The notes under the pieces were generated by a model. That model was given only the letters and a program-made list of their open reading frames with translations. It did not search any database and was not told the DNA's origin. A stretch of 64,000 nt of DNA from Patellaria atrata CBS 101060. Its lineage: Eukaryota. Position numbers and translations under genes: made by a program. The stretch lies in NCBI GenBank assembly GCA_010093705.1, contig MU006103.1:248001-312000 (forward strand), written 5' to 3'. Positions 24,343-39,416 of this stretch are shown in pieces; within the stretch, counting starts at the first letter, position 1, and each line of letters opens with the position of its first letter.

Positions 24343-25051
24343 CTAGTTAATGAAATTCACGCAAAAGAAATGTAACAGCAAACTGCCAAACACGAAATCT
24401 GCGAATGCCCTACAAGCCGTATTAGTATTCCGACTGTTATCCCGAAAATTCGATGGGAAAACACACCTTTCATTCGATATACTCTCAAACTCGGTCTTAT
24501 TCTCAGGATTCGTCTGCATACGCAGACTACACGTGAGCACGAACTGACCAACCGTAGCACTAAACCCAGACAAAAACGCATTGAACGGCTATAGCATCAC
24601 ACAAGAAATTAGCAGAGCTCTCTCCAAGGGATAGCAAATCGACCCTCTCCTCCTCCCGCACCCAATTCCTCACACTTCACACCCTCAAAGGAGATATAGC
24701 CCAACTCACATAATTCCCCACAATAACACAATACACGAACTGCAAACCCGCCACGACGACCAGAAACCCGAGAAAGACGTCCAGCAGCTTCGTCCGCTGC
24801 GGCGTCTTGTCCAGGTAGTTCTGCCACACGCTCTGCAGGATCTGCTGCGCGTCTGTTGAGTTCTTCAGATTCTTCTGCCCCAAAGCGGAGGTCGAGGACG
24901 TCGATGTTGAAGAGGTGTGTTTAGTTGGCGTTGGGCCAACCGCACCAGATGGCATGCCTGAGGTCGGAGCAACTGCGCTCGCTGGGAAGGACGGCGGGGT
25001 GGGAGAAGAGGATGCGGGTGCGGCGGTGCGTTTGGCGGGTTTGGGCGCCAT
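24343..25051 (-). CDS. OST2: Oligosaccharyltransferase subunit OST2/DAD1
   Basis: TPQRTKLLDVF..QFVYC..GNY|PFNAFLSGF..RAFADFVFGSLLLHFFCVNFIN. Intron 24709-24589. Confidence 0.92.
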
Positions 25052-25345
25052 TGTGGGTGTTTCGGGACGAATTGGTAGGATAGCTGTGTTATGGTGTTGG
25101 GAACGGAATAGGTAGTCTAATATCAGAGATAGGTGTTCATCGAAGTTGAGGACAGATGGAATTGGGTGCACGGGCCACTGGACCCGGATGAGGGTTGCTT
25201 AATAAAGCTCGGTGGTTGCGGGGACGATGTCATTGTTTTGGGGAAAGCTGTTCTGAGCTATATCATCTCCTTATACACTTCTACAGTGAAGATTCTACGC
25301 TTTCAATCCATCAGAATTTAAGTCTACGGTCATCATAAAGCTACA

Positions 25346-25874
25346 ATGGTATTTTACCCCGTCTGAATCCCTCAATGCGCCTACAATCAACTCTGTTCAC
25401 CTGCGCTCCACCTAAGCAAACACCTTTCTAATAGCTCCCAAACAGACAACTCTCGAAAACATCGGTTTCCTCCTCGGTGCCCTCACCGCAGGCGGCGGCA
25501 TAACAGGCTACCTCCGCACCGGTTCCGTCCCCTCAGTCGCGGCAGGCGTCACAGTCGGGACACTCGTACGTCACTTCTAGCTCTTCTTCCCTACGTAGAG
25601 AACATATTTGCATAGCCCCCGATTGCGGTTGCACGTGACATACCAACGAAGAATCTTAAAACTGACGCTGTAAAAGTACACCCTCGGCGCCCTGCGCATC
25701 AAAAACCGCCAACCCTACGGCGTCGAGCTCGGGCTTCTGGCCTCCGTTGTGCTGGCCAGTAGCTCGATCCCGCGCGCTATCAGGACGCAGAAACCACTTC
25801 CGGCGGGACTGAGCTTGTTGGCCTTGTATGGGTTGTATAATTTTGGACTTGCTTTCCAGGGACGGATGAGATGA
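25346..25874 (+). CDS. TMEM14-family small membrane protein (not in the ORF track)
   Basis: Exons ATG 25346-25348, 25446-25565 and 25677-25874 translate to M-TTLENIGFLLGALTAGGGITGYLRTGSVPSVAAGVTVGTL-YTLGALRIKNRQPYGVELGLLAS...*. The GGxxGYxxxGSxPS motif is typical of TMEM14. Confidence 0.85.
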
Positions 25875-26192
25875 GATGGTTATGGGAATTCGAAATAAGG
25901 GACGGGAACCTAAGGGAGGACTAGGTGATGAAATGAGATATGATGATTAACACCAGTACTACTTGTTTCCTTGTATGTTTATGAAAGTTTCCCCGCTCTG
26001 AAATAATAGCATTGTCTAAGATATGTGTGGTGATGTCTACACTCAAACTTCCTATAATCAAAAGACAATCGATCCCGGATAAATCAATATATCGAAGGGT
26101 AGCGTGTAATATCAGAGAACATTTCTGGATGATAGCGCTCCTAATATCTTCACCAATTAGATATGTACGTTTTTGATACTTTATATATCGCA

Positions 26193-27891
26193 TCAACCTT
26201 CCTCATTTCTCCCCCAATCATCATCCTCAAATTGATATCTCTCGACATCAATGTTGCCCTCAGCCCACTCATCGACCTTTTCCTGCATCTTAAATTCATC
26301 GTCGACTGGCGCGTGGACAAGCTCCCCTATCTTGATGCTCTCTTTAAGAATTTCCCGGGCTTGGACCTCATCAACGTCCATGTCTTCCATGATAAGCTGC
26401 ATTGCAAGCTCAGGTACAAGGACGCGCTGGATATAACTCGTGATACCGTCTGCGCGAATTGATGAATCGCTTGCTTTCTTAAGGCGCAGGTTCCTTTCGA
26501 GGGTGCTGTTGATCCATTGTGTACTATTACAGATATGTTAGTGCGCCAATATGGGGTTAAGAATGAGAGGAACACACAAAATTTTTGCCCCTTTCCGCCC
26601 ATAATATCCCGGGGTCAAAGCTTCGCCATGTTCCGTATCAATACTCTTCAGAATATTTCGCTCTTTCCCCGAATCGACCTTCTTATCCATACGACTTCGA
26701 AAGTGGGAGTCTCTCACACGATCTAATACCAGGAGCAGATGATCTCTATGTTGCTGCAGCCGAGATTCCAGGTTATCCCAGTCCACAGTAGGATAGCCTT
26801 TAGAGCGGTATTCGTCGAGGGCCGCGCGTTCTTTATGTTGGTTGCAAAATTCCATCTGATTTTTAACACTAAGCCGTGATCTGCCATTAGAAAACTCCAG
26901 GAGGTGTTGCGGATCAACCGTTTCTCTGCATAGTGGGCAAATTGCTAGACTTATAGACGTGGAGTCATAACTGTCCCCTGCTTGAGATGAATAGACTGGG
27001 CTATCTGGAGGGGTAATGGCCGAATTAGCTGCGCTTAAAGATGATTCAGAGTCGTCCAACGTTGAGTCGAGTTTAGCCCTTGATCGAGAGGCCGTAAATT
27101 GGGACGAGTTGTTGGTCTCCGTTACATCGTAAAGTTTCAACGAACGTTTCTCAGGTAAAGGGGAACTATCGCGTGGAAGTACGTCGGGCACATCTATCCA
27201 CTTTTTCTGCGCTACTTTCTTAGACGACGCTTTACTCTTCGGAGTAGCATAATTCTTGAGCTCCTTGGTTTGAGAACCGCTATTAGGCTTTCCGGTAGAC
27301 GATTCGTACGTGTTTAATGGAAGACCTCCTGTGAGTAATTAGCCTTAGATAAAATCTAGACGGGTAGGGATATATGTCCATACTGTCTTCTGTAGAGCCC
27401 GCCTTTTTCGTCTTCTTGCTACCCGTTGCCTCAGTATGGATATTAGCTGTAGTACCGCCATATTTGGTTGTTGGCTTCTTCCTCTTTCTATCCATCCCCA
27501 TACCAAAGGCGCTGAACATGCCATCCTCGCTCGCATCGTCCTGTGCATGTGAAGAGTTACTTAATATATTTTCTCGGTCAGGTTCTGCTAGTCCCAGTCT
27601 TTCCTTTTCTTTCTGCATGTTCCCATATCGACCAAGCTGGGGAACTCGAATTGATCGTCGCTGAGAATTTCGTATACCATTTTTAAAACCTGGTCCGGAG
27701 GATGCACTGGAGAGAGATAGAGCGGGCGATTCAGAGTCGCTCGAGATTTCCGGGTCAGCGTTGATATCTTCCACCGGGATTTTGAGGGCTTTGATCTGCG
27801 ATGTATTCTTATGGTGACCTGGATTATCTTTGTTTCCCACAGTCCCCAGAAGGCTGCCTTGTGGTTTGATATTCCTTGTTAATGGTGGCAT
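26193..27891 (-). CDS. RTC4-like domain protein
   Basis: Introns 27383-27329 and 26577-26524. Motifs CPLC..FCNQH, GYPTVDW, PGYYGRKG and YIQRVLVPELAMQLIMEDM. Confidence 0.8.
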
Positions 27892-28262
27892 ACTAGGAGA
27901 GATCGGGAAAATCCCTTGACACTTAGAACAGACTGTCCAAAACAGACCCTGAGGATCGAGTTCACGTGTCCTAGGTGGGTCGACCGCGGCGATTTGAGGT
28001 AGGAGTGGACACCGAGTAAAGGGTTATTAAGTCTATATACGTTGGAGTTCGACGTTTAACATGCCCGCACGTTATGTGAAGAGTGATAGTACAGTATTTC
28101 TACGTGACCTCATGTTCTATCTTCCTGTCGCGTCGGGAAACGCGACCTCAGCCGACTTCAATCTTGGCTTTTCCGAGATATACTAGCGATTTCTCACTTT
28201 CCTCGACAAAATCACCAAACTTTCTCAATTATATGGTATGTAAATTCGTATTCGTAGTTTTC

Positions 28263-29477
28263 TCAACCTATTTTTCGACCAACATTTCCAACACCTTTCC
28301 CCACTATACTAACTACGATATCCCCTTTACATCCACTATCCGCATCTCTAAGGCCCCATCCACTTGCACCAAATGCCTTGAGATCTCGAGCTAATGATAT
28401 GATCTCTTCGCTCCCTATTACATCACGTCCAAGTTGCAGTCGTCCTACATCCTCACTGCCCATGGCCATCAATGTGAGCATAGTTGGCGCTGCAACCGTG
28501 GACACATATCCCCCCTGAGATACGCTCTCCATCAGTTGAAACGCGCATCTACGTCCTAAGTCTTCAGGCGGAGCGCCACCTGAGGGGGGAGATACGACGT
28601 CTGCCGAGAAATAGGCTCCTGTTGACGATTCCGCAACAAGGCTTATGCCAAAGCCGATACCTATCTTCTTCTTTTCTCCTCCCCTGTCCATTGGTATTAA
28701 TGGCGCAGATGATACTGCGCTGAAAATGTATGTTTCGACTTTGAATTGATTGAGTACGCCTCTTGCTGCCTCGATCATTCGGGCATTGTTCGCCCCCGCA
28801 ACCCCTATCGAGTATGCGACACCACTGATCTTCTTTACTCGTCCCGGATTCAATAGATGTATTGTCTTTGGTAACCTGACCTGATGTCCAAAGATTAATT
28901 GTACCTCTCCACCTCCCCCTTTACCAGTCGGCCCAGCGTTACTTCTTCTTAGTATTCTTAACTCGATTTTGTCGGTCATGATCCCAAAGTTTGAGTAGAG
29001 TGGTAATATGGATCTTAACACCGTATCAACACTGACATCTCCATTCTCCGTTGCGCTCGTGATGACACCAGGGCCAGTGAAAAGAACATTGACCTGCCCT
29101 TTTGCAAAAGGTGCAAGCAAGCATAGTGGTATGAGGAACCAACTAACGCCTCGGGGACATTCTTTGGGTAACTCGTGTTTTACAACGCCCCCACTTCCTG
29201 CACCATATCCTGCAGCACTTCCGATGATCAAACCAGGTCGGTATACTACGGTTGTTCCTGTATATGAAAACTCGATTTGCGAGCCGTTGGTGACTGAATC
29301 AAGTAGGCGTAGAAAGGAAACTTCGTGTGGTAGTAAGCCTGGGTGCGTAGGAGAGGATGATCTAATACCGGATATACGAATGGCTCGTCCGGTCAGAGTA
29401 GAGAAGATCAATCGGTTTATAAGGTATTTATGACCTGTAAACCGAAGTGGTGGAGGGGCGGTTTTAGAGTCTGTCAT
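28263..29477 (-). CDS. RCL1: RNA 3'-terminal phosphate cyclase-like protein (18S rRNA processing)
   Basis: Intronless 404 aa. Motifs PGLLPHEVSFLRLLDSVTNGS, YTGT..YRPG, GGGGEV, PPEDLG and a terminal GxGxxN. Confidence 0.92.
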   Translation of the reverse strand: MTDSKTAPPPLRFTGHKYLINRLIFSTLTGRAIRISGIRSSSPTHPGLLPHEVSFLRLLDSVTNGSQIEFSYTGTTVVYRPGLIIGSAAGYGAGSGGVVKHELPKECPRGVSWFLIPLCLLAPFAKGQVNVLFTGPGVITSATENGDVSVDTVLRSILPLYSNFGIMTDKIELRILRRSNAGPTGKGGGGEVQLIFGHQVRLPKTIHLLNPGRVKKISGVAYSIGVAGANNARMIEAARGVLNQFKVETYIFSAVSSAPLIPMDRGGEKKKIGIGFGISLVAESSTGAYFSADVVSPPSGGAPPEDLGRRCAFQLMESVSQGGYVSTVAAPTMLTLMAMGSEDVGRLQLGRDVIGSEEIISLARDLKAFGASGWGLRDADSGCKGDIVVSIVGKGVGNVGRKIG

Positions 29478-29762
29478 CGTGTGTGGCTCGTAGAAGAGGA
29501 TGGGATGAAGGTAAGTAAAAGTCTAGAACTGAGTTAGTCTAAAGTTAATGTTATTGGTCCTGATCTATTTTCATGTTGTACTTACTTAGAAGGTAAAAGT
29601 TGAATCGTAGAGTCTGCGACATTTGACATGGAAAATATTTTGCCGTCACTATCAAAGCGGTGAGAGCTGCTGGCTTGGCGTCATTGCCCCTATTTTTACC
29701 TGTACAGTACCATGATGGCCTTATTTCCACCCACTCTTTTGGATTATCATTCCCCAACCACA

Positions 29763-31286
<1,524 letters not shown>

Positions 31287-31962
31287 ATTATCAGGTAAGG
31301 AGCTCCGGTATCAATATACACCACCGGGTTCGAAAGGGATAAAATCCACTTCGACCGGAATCTGCTTCCAATCACAGTGAAGCGTCAAGTTGAGTAAGTA
31401 ATTCCAACGTGGAGCCATGCACCTATCAGATTTACGATATCGAGCGGCATTTACCGCTTGCAACCATTTTTCTATAGTATACACTGCAAGACGACCCTAT
31501 GACACTCTATGATCTCATAAGTACACAGTCCTGCTTAAAGAGTCAAATTAATCGTCTCGCGGTTATCGCCAACCACAACCTCAACCTTACTAGTTAGCGT
31601 GCAGGGGCGAAAATTTGTTATCTTCGCATGCTTTTCCTTAATGCTTCATAGATACCTACTCAACATTTGTCATTTCTGGTGTTCTCAGCATCACAAACTG
31701 AAACCCCACAAAAGGTCATGACCGGTTGGGGTTGTAGAGGCTTTCTACACCTATTTCATCTCTATCTCCTTTTTTACCCATCGACCTTATCAAAACACTT
31801 CTTGCACTATATTTGTACTTTAATTCTACAGATAGCCGAAGGCTCTTCCATCCTCTGAAATTTCACCTATAAAAGGGAAATCTTTTGGCTCTTTTTACCT
31901 TGCTATTCTAGAATATACGCTCTCCGACGATATTGTTCAATCCAAACACTTTCTCATTCACT

Positions 31963-32490
31963 ATGGGCACTCAACGCAGAGGATGGTTATCCAAACCGAA
32001 CGGACGGGGAACATCAAGGCTCATATGGGGATGGATACTTGTATTTTCCGCATGTATGTGGGCAGTGGGTCAACGATTACTTTTCCCCTCTAGGGAAAGA
32101 GGCTACCTTCATATGAGTTATCTCGGTGGTTCATGCCGCAACTCATGTCCTTGGCTGAGATTTCCCCTTTTCCAGACGCATCGAGACTCTCCTTTGGCGT
32201 AACAGCAGTGTCACGCTGCTGATCGTCATATTCATCGCGGGTTTAATTCCTTTCCTCTCAACCCAACCTTGGTTCGACTTCAGTCTCAATCAGTTGTGGA
32301 TTTGGAGTCGGACTGCAAGAAACATCCCTGGGCACGAGAATGGCTGTTTGCGACGCTCGTAAACATTGCGTAGCTGTTCAACGTCATTGCGAGAGTCATG
32401 ATTTTTGTCCAACTCTTTCTGAGTTTTCGAAGTCTACCTTTGGACGCATATCAGGTTGTTAATTGACCAGGATTTCTCCCACATTTAAGC
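31963..32490 (+). pseudogene. Relic of a fungal multi-pass membrane protein gene (N- and C-terminal motifs only)
   Basis: N-terminal GWLSKPNGRGTSRLIWGWILVFSACMW. C-terminal ARVMIFVQLFLSFRSLPLDAYQVVN*PGFLPH (32389-32487), with TGA at 32464 where W is expected. Confidence 0.55.
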
Positions 32491-33379
32491 ACTACTGCGA
32501 ATGTTAGTACCGACACAAATTCAGAGGTAGATGCTAATATATTACAGCTACTAAGTTTTGCAGCACTCTCTATCTATACGGAGTTCATCGAGTATATCGA
32601 ACTATTAACCAAGTTCAACTTCGTGGTATACCCGAGCGTACTCCCTCGAGCAGCGTTCTGCATATCGAGAACCGTCCAACCGGTCCATTCCTCTCCTGGA
32701 GACAGATGGGGAGTACAGGGTCGAGATAGCTATGGCTCATATCAAACCACCCTGTTAGTGAGCTGCTGGATTGTGATATGACACCAAAAGTACGAGTGAT
32801 AATTGGGATATGTTATATACGACTCTAGCCCAACTCACGCATGAGTTTAAGGGAAGAAGCACCAGGATCTGTCATTGCGGTTTCTTATCTCCACAAAGTC
32901 CCCATCAATACCTCAACCAGCAACATTTCCATGAAGTCTGAATGCGGTCACCGTCGCCAGATACAGTATGGATCGGGGACCAAGGAACTTTCAATGTCTG
33001 ACACGACACCGCCGACCCCACAAGTTTCAAGGGAAATCCTCCACAATGCATATATCCCCTAGTCTATCCAATAACTGGTCGTAGATATTGGATCCTGCAG
33101 CTACGTTATTGTATTACTACCTAGCCAAGCCCATTTGAGTCACAAGCCCACGCGCCTCGTTCGCGTCTTTTCGCATTCCGAGGCCTCTGGAACCCCGCGC
33201 CTTGGTGCCTTATCATCCTAATTGACACCATTTACATGGTAAACAAGATATATAAAGAGGGCTTCTCTATCATTCAAAAATATTCCCTTCCACATCCATT
33301 CTGCCTACAGCATCTTCAAACCCAAATTTCAATCCCACAATTCTTTCCGTCCATTAACTTCAAAAAGATCTATCTCACT

Positions 33380-33905
33380 ATGCCTATCTCTCACACAGGC
33401 ATAACCGTCCCCCCTGAGCGCTACGAAGAGATAGTCAACTTCTACCTCAAGGCACTCGCACCCATCGGCTATGTGAAAATCCTCGATTACGGCAGTCTAG
33501 CCTGCGGTCTGGGTCCTAAAGATGGACACCCGGACTGGTGGATCGGGAATAAAGAGGGCGTGACCCCTATCACGGGCTTGCATGTTGCTTTTGATTCTGA
33601 CAGTATGTTTGAACCCGCGCTTGTACCATACACAGAGATGAGGAGCGAATGGTTACTGACCCGCTATAGCATGGGCTAAAGTCCGCGAATTCCACGATGC
33701 CGCTATGGCTGCGGGAGCGAAGGATAATGGCCCCGCGGGCTTGAGGCCGGATTATATGCCACATTATTATGCGGCGTTTGTGCTTGATCCTCTTGGAAAT
33801 AATCTGGAGGTTTGCTGCGTGTACAAGGAGGCTGTGGAGAAGGATGAGGAAGGCAAAGTCAACGGGCGTGCCAGCGGGGATGCCATCGGGGACGGGTTGC
33901 TTTGA
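33380..33905 (+). CDS. Glyoxalase/bleomycin-resistance (VOC) family protein
   Basis: ISHTGITV..FYLKALAPIGY..HVAF; intron 33603-33669; FHDAAMAAGAKDNGPAGLRPDY..YYAAFVLDPLGNNLEV. Confidence 0.9.
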
Positions 33906-34105
33906 TAAGTGAGGCGTGGGGAGTGCGAAAGTGGTAGGTGGGAGTAGTGAGGGGATGAATGTACGCTTCCTTCAGCAGAAATCAAATACCTATTTGAGAA
34001 TTTCCTGCCATTCGCGTTTGACTACGTAACTATGGCTAGGGGTATTAGTATAAGCATGTGTTTACACACCGTTCATAAACATTCAACTTGTACAATTCTC
34101 TATGC

Positions 34106-35559
34106 TCATCTTAATCCGTCCAGCCTCCTCTCCAAGTCCTTAACCCAGTCCCCAACCACTTTTACATTCGACACCGTCACCCTCTCTCCTTCTCCTAGCT
34201 TCGCCTCCACCTTCTCGAGCGCCCCTCTCCACTGCTCAATCTCCGCCCTCTGCTCCTCCTGTCTCTTTTCTATCTCATCGAGCGTCGAACTGGCAGTCCC
34301 AGCGCTCGCGTGTATCAGTCGCAGGGTCCGCAGACGCTCGAGAACCAAGGGTAGAGACTGCGAGAGCGAGTCGATCGTAGATAGTGTGCCGTAAAGAGCG
34401 TTGATGCGAGACGTCTTCTCTGGATCCTGAAGCGCCGCGCTTTCCCCCGCATCCCCGTTAGCCGTAGAAAAGCGTCTCGCTCCCCTATCAGCGTTGGCTT
34501 GACTCGTCTCTTGGTTGGATTGCCGCAAGCTTCGGAGTTTTTCCGCTTCCTGGATTAAGCTGCGGATGCGCTTGCTGGCGGCATCTAGGGTGTTGGAAGA
34601 AGCGGCGGAGATGGTGGAGAGCTGTTGATCGATTGTTTGCAGAGTGTGGAGGATGGGTTTTGGAGGGTCCTCTGCTACGTCGGGCATGGTTTTGCCGTCG
34701 AGGCCGAGGGATGCTTCGATGGCTGCGAGACGGGAATCCAATTCGGCTGCGCGGGTTAATACTTGCGCTTGCTGCTGTTGCGATATTTGTGGGCTTTGAG
34801 ACGGCTCCGTGGACTGTATTCCTTTCGTCGACTCCCTGGCTGCCTGCTCTGAAGATTTGACGAACTTCTTGAGTAGTGAGGCTAAGTGTGCGTTTGCTCC
34901 TTGAGTCCCTCCCCGACGCTGTACGTAGACCTCATCTAACGACTTACTGATTTTCGTGATACTCGCTAGCGGATCATCTTCGTCTTCTGTTTCCTCGTCC
35001 TCTTCATTCTTGCTCTTTCCCCCCTCCTCTTTTCGTTTATAAAATTCTAGTTTCACCTCTTCAACTTCTCTCCGTAGCCTCGCGAGCTTCCTCTCTAAGC
35101 TCTCCTCCTCGTCGCTCATATCCCCAAGTTCCTCATCGCTCTGCGCTTCTCCTTTCCTCCGCCTCCGAGTCCCGGTGCGGTACGAACGACTCAACGCGTC
35201 CGAAAAGTCCACATTTTTCGCGTCGACGCGGGCGGGGAGGAAACAGTTACGTGCTACGTCTGGTCGCGTATGTCTACGGTCTATGCCCGTGTCCTGAGAT
35301 TCTTCGGCGTCTTCGTATGAGAAATCTGAGTTTGAGCGAGCTCTGGTGGAAGTCTTTTACAGTCATCAGTTGTCTGATATATGGAGTTATGGATGTGTGA
35401 GGCCAACCCTTAGAGTTGAATTATCGTCGGTTAGGGAGGGTGTTGTCTCGTAGATGTCGGGTGCGGAGTCCTTTAAATATTAGTGAGTACAGGATTGGGG
35501 CATGATTCGGTAAGGCGTACAAGATCTGGTAATGCGGCGTATTTTCGTATTTGGGACAT
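34106..35559 (-). CDS. Dynactin subunit 2 (dynamitin, p50)
   Basis: Exon 1 MSQIRKYAALPDL, exon 2 DSAPDIYETTP; large coiled-coil exon with ESLERKLARLRREVEE and LPLVLERLRTLRLIH. Confidence 0.88.
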
Positions 35560-36372
35560 ACTTATAGTTCTCAGTGGAGGAGAATTGATTATTACGAAAG
35601 TATAATATTTGCTTGTCGCGAGGGAAGTGCTTGTTTGGCTTCTAGTCAAACAAATTTAATTCTGACAAAGACAAAAAGCGGAATATCTTTCCCTATCTGT
35701 GCCTTAACTTCACTTCCCCCTGGCGAGTCCTCTCTATCTCACAGGGCAGTGCTTTAAGCTTTTTCAAAATGGGAGTTTATACCGTCTATGTCGAAATTCT
35801 CTTTTAAATCCACATTGAATGAATCATGGGGCGCCGAAACAATGCAGGTGGATCATGGATTGAGTCAAATGTAGAAGGCTAACAAGAACCGGCGGGTATG
35901 GGTAAAAAACCGAGGAACGAAAATGAGCTATCAGATATCTACGCGTCCATTATAACTCTAGTCCCAATCGTGGAAATTTCTATATAACGCCTCTCAAGTC
36001 TTCATCTTAATATGGAACAAATTTATACGCCGATTCAGTTTGCGTTTTGGGATCCATTCGTCTTCATGATTATACTGCTTGGACAGTGATATCTTACCTC
36101 CTCCTTGAATTAGTTACCATTTTTCGACTGCTGTACAGTTGCCATACATCTAACGGCATACTATTGAATTTGGGCCCCGTACAGATTTCAATCATCCATA
36201 TTTCATGCTCTCTGTCCCGGTTTTGCACTTATCGGTCGATCTACACTTACTGTACACATAACGTCGTATTGTCTAATTTCGTTCGATACAGAAATTTACT
36301 TTTTCAATATTCAAGTCGAAGGTCTTCTGGATCATACCCAAACAGTGAACTAGGACTACTTGATAAAGGAAG

Positions 36373-37508
36373 ATGAATACAGACTATACCTTTCAAGGAT
36401 GGTTAGGGAAAGATGCAAAATCAGTCGAGGGGAACATGGTATGGGAGGAATTCCAACCTAAACCGTTCACGGAAACAGACGTAGACATCAAGATTACACA
36501 TTGTGGCGTCTGCGGTAGTAAGTGAAGCTCCCGGGAACCCGAAAATCATATGATTAAACAACCCAACCAGCCGACATCCACACCCTGCGCTCCGGCTGGT
36601 CCCCCTCCGACTATCCCTGCTGCGTCGGCCACGAAATAGTCGGCACCGCGATCCGTGTCGGGCGAGCTGTTTCGAACATAAAAGTCGGCGACCGTGTCGG
36701 GGTAGGGGCTCAGTGTTCCTCATGCCTAAAATCAGACTGCGAAGAGTGCTCCGCTGGCCTCGAGCACCACTGCCCTCGCTTTGTTGCAACGTACAATGCC
36801 CACCATACCGACAGGAGCAGGACGTACGGCGGCTACGCGGATTACTGGAGAGGTCCGGGTGCTTTTGTTGTCAAAATTCCAGATGGATTGACGTCCGCGG
36901 AAGCGGCGCCCCTACTTTGTGCGGGGATTACTGTGTTCTCGCCACTGAAGAACAACGGCGCCGGTCCGGGGAAGAGAATTGGGATTATTGGAGTAGGCGG
37001 ACTTGGCCACTTAGGGATACTCTTCTCAAAAGCGCTTCGATGCGATAGAGTGGTGGCAATATCGCGTACGGGAATTAAGAAACATGATGCGCAGGCTATG
37101 GGTGCAGATAGGTATATAGCGACAGATGAGGAGAAGGACTGGGCGAAAAGCCATAGTCGTACTTTAGACTTAATCGTATCTACGGTGTCTTCGCCGAAGA
37201 TGCCGTTAGGGTCTTATCTAAAGCTTCTAAGGACTAATGGGCAATTTATTCAGGTCGGAGCCCCTGAAGATGTATTACCGTCGTTCAGCGCATTCTCTTT
37301 GATTGCGAAGGGGACTAAGATCGGTGGGAGCCAGATAGGGAGTCCGAAGGATATAGCGTACATGTTGGATTTTGCTGCAAAGGAGGATGTTCGGCCATGG
37401 GTTCAAGAGAGGTCGTTGAAGGAGGCTAATCAAGCTATTGTAGATATGGAGGAGGGAAGGGCGAGGTATAGGTATGTACTGGTTAATGAAGCGAACGCAA
37501 AATTATAG
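36373..37508 (+). CDS. NADP-dependent Zn alcohol dehydrogenase (Adh6/Adh7, cinnamyl alcohol dehydrogenase family)
   Basis: HCGVCG|TDIHTLRSGW (intron 36518-36570), GHE, four-Cys Zn site, APLLCAGITV, GVGGLGH and ARYRYVL. Confidence 0.92.
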
Positions 37509-37652
37509 TTTCAAAATTGTCGAGAGGACAGCTAGGTAGAATGCACAGTGAGGGCTTCCGCATGTATTATGACGGCCTAGGGGGCGTGTCCGATTTCAAC
37601 TATCTCTTTCAGGGGTATATTTCGAGCTCTACATGTCCAACATCCGACCTCT

Positions 37653-39416
37653 TTATATACCCTCCTCGTCGTCCCTCGCCCAAAGTTTGACAGTTCTATC
37701 TTGGCCGCTGCTAAGAATATAGCGAGCATCCAAACTCACATCGACGCTTAAGACGTTGCCGGAGTGCCCACTTAAAGTCTTGCAGAGCGCCCAATCATCG
37801 GCAGAAAAGATTTTTACATCTTTATCGAACCCCGAAGATACGAAAAACGTGCTAGCTTTCTTAGGCTGCAATTCTCCTTCCTCGTTTTCCCTTAGTTTCT
37901 TGCCACTCGCCGGGCCATCTATTCCTTTGTACCATCGAAGGTCTGTCACTCCACCTTTGTGAGCTCCGATCTTTCCAATCTCACGTACAGCTCGGACATC
38001 CCAACATTTGGCAAAACCATCAGCGGAACCAGTAAGGAGTCTGTGTCCGTCCACACTCCAATCGATGCCATAAATGGGCTCGATATGGCTGTTGAGGATC
38101 ATTACGGTTCGACCGGTGCGTAGGTCCCACACGCGTCCAATGCTATCTAAACCCGCGCTTGCTAAGAGCGATCCATCAGTGTTAAAGCTTACGGTATATA
38201 CCTCGCGCGAATGACCTTCTTGTAATAGGAGTTCAGTAGTCTTCTCCACATCCCAAAGTCGCCAGGTGGTGTCGAAAGAGGCTGAGGCAATATATCGCCC
38301 CGATGGGTGGCATTCGACTCGACATACACGTCCAGTGTGACCGGAAAGCGTAGCTAGTGGTGTGTCTTGAGATAATGACCAAAGATTTATATTTCCTTCT
38401 CCACCACCTGAAGCCAAGTTGACCGATGATTCTGTGACGCTTAAGTCTGGAAGAATAGCCTCGGGAAACCAAGTAATCCCTCCAATACGATCAGTATGTC
38501 CCCTAAGAGTATGTTTGGTCTCCAGGTTAGGGACATCCATTAGTCTTATACCACCTCCCCAGTTACCAGCTGCGATATATCGAGCATTGGGTGAAAAACG
38601 GGCAATGCTAACGGGCCTTTCCGCCGCGATTTCCGAACCAACCAGCTCGAATCCCGACAGGCGCTCCTTAATCTCACTTCTATGGTCGACATGAGTCTTA
38701 AGCGGGATCCTTGACTCTATCTTTTGGAATGCTAATCGATCGCGTGCCCTTGGTAATGAATATCTTGCAATATACTGTCTTGCAAGAAGTAGTTCTTGCG
38801 TACCCTCAGTGTAGAATTCTTCCTCTGCTTCGCCTTCCTGGTCTACGTCTGCGGTATCCCCCATCCGGACATCGCCCTCACCATCGACACCATCTGTTGC
38901 CTCCTGTTGCTGTGTTAATAGCTCCCGCAGACGGTCCCTTCTTTCTGCAGGACCTTCTCCGAATAATGTAATTGGTTCCTTAAGTTCCCTGAGCCGAGCT
39001 CGTACGCGACCATCGTCCGTGGGTACAGCGATAGCAGCGGCGCGACGTTTCCGTTCAAGTTGCGATATGATAGCTGATGCATTCTGTGCTGGGGCGCCCG
39101 CCGCTCCGGAAGGGATCATATAATCTCTATCAATCGCTACGATGTCCGCAGTTAGCGCACTCGTAAGTCTCAAGGTGTACCGAGTGATAGCATACGAATA
39201 TTCGCCAGATCAACCCCCATATCCGTGTCCTATAGTATCGATCCCATCAGCCCTAGATTCCTGAAACTTTTACCCTGCCCTAGGCCAATGCTCGAGGTGG
39301 ATATTCCCTCTACCAAATTTTTGTGAACATTCAGGTAGTCCAGAAAAGTGCGTGAGTCTGCTCACCTCGGGCTCCCGCTCCTCCTCCACATATGCCTGTC
39401 GCGATGGGTGCATCAT
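37653..39416 (-). CDS. PRP4: U4/U6 snRNP WD40 protein Prp4
   Basis: Exon 1 MMHPSRQAYVEE; PRP4 motif VRARLRELKEPITLFGEGPAERRDRL; EEFYTEG; multiple WD repeats; two short 5' introns. Confidence 0.93.
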
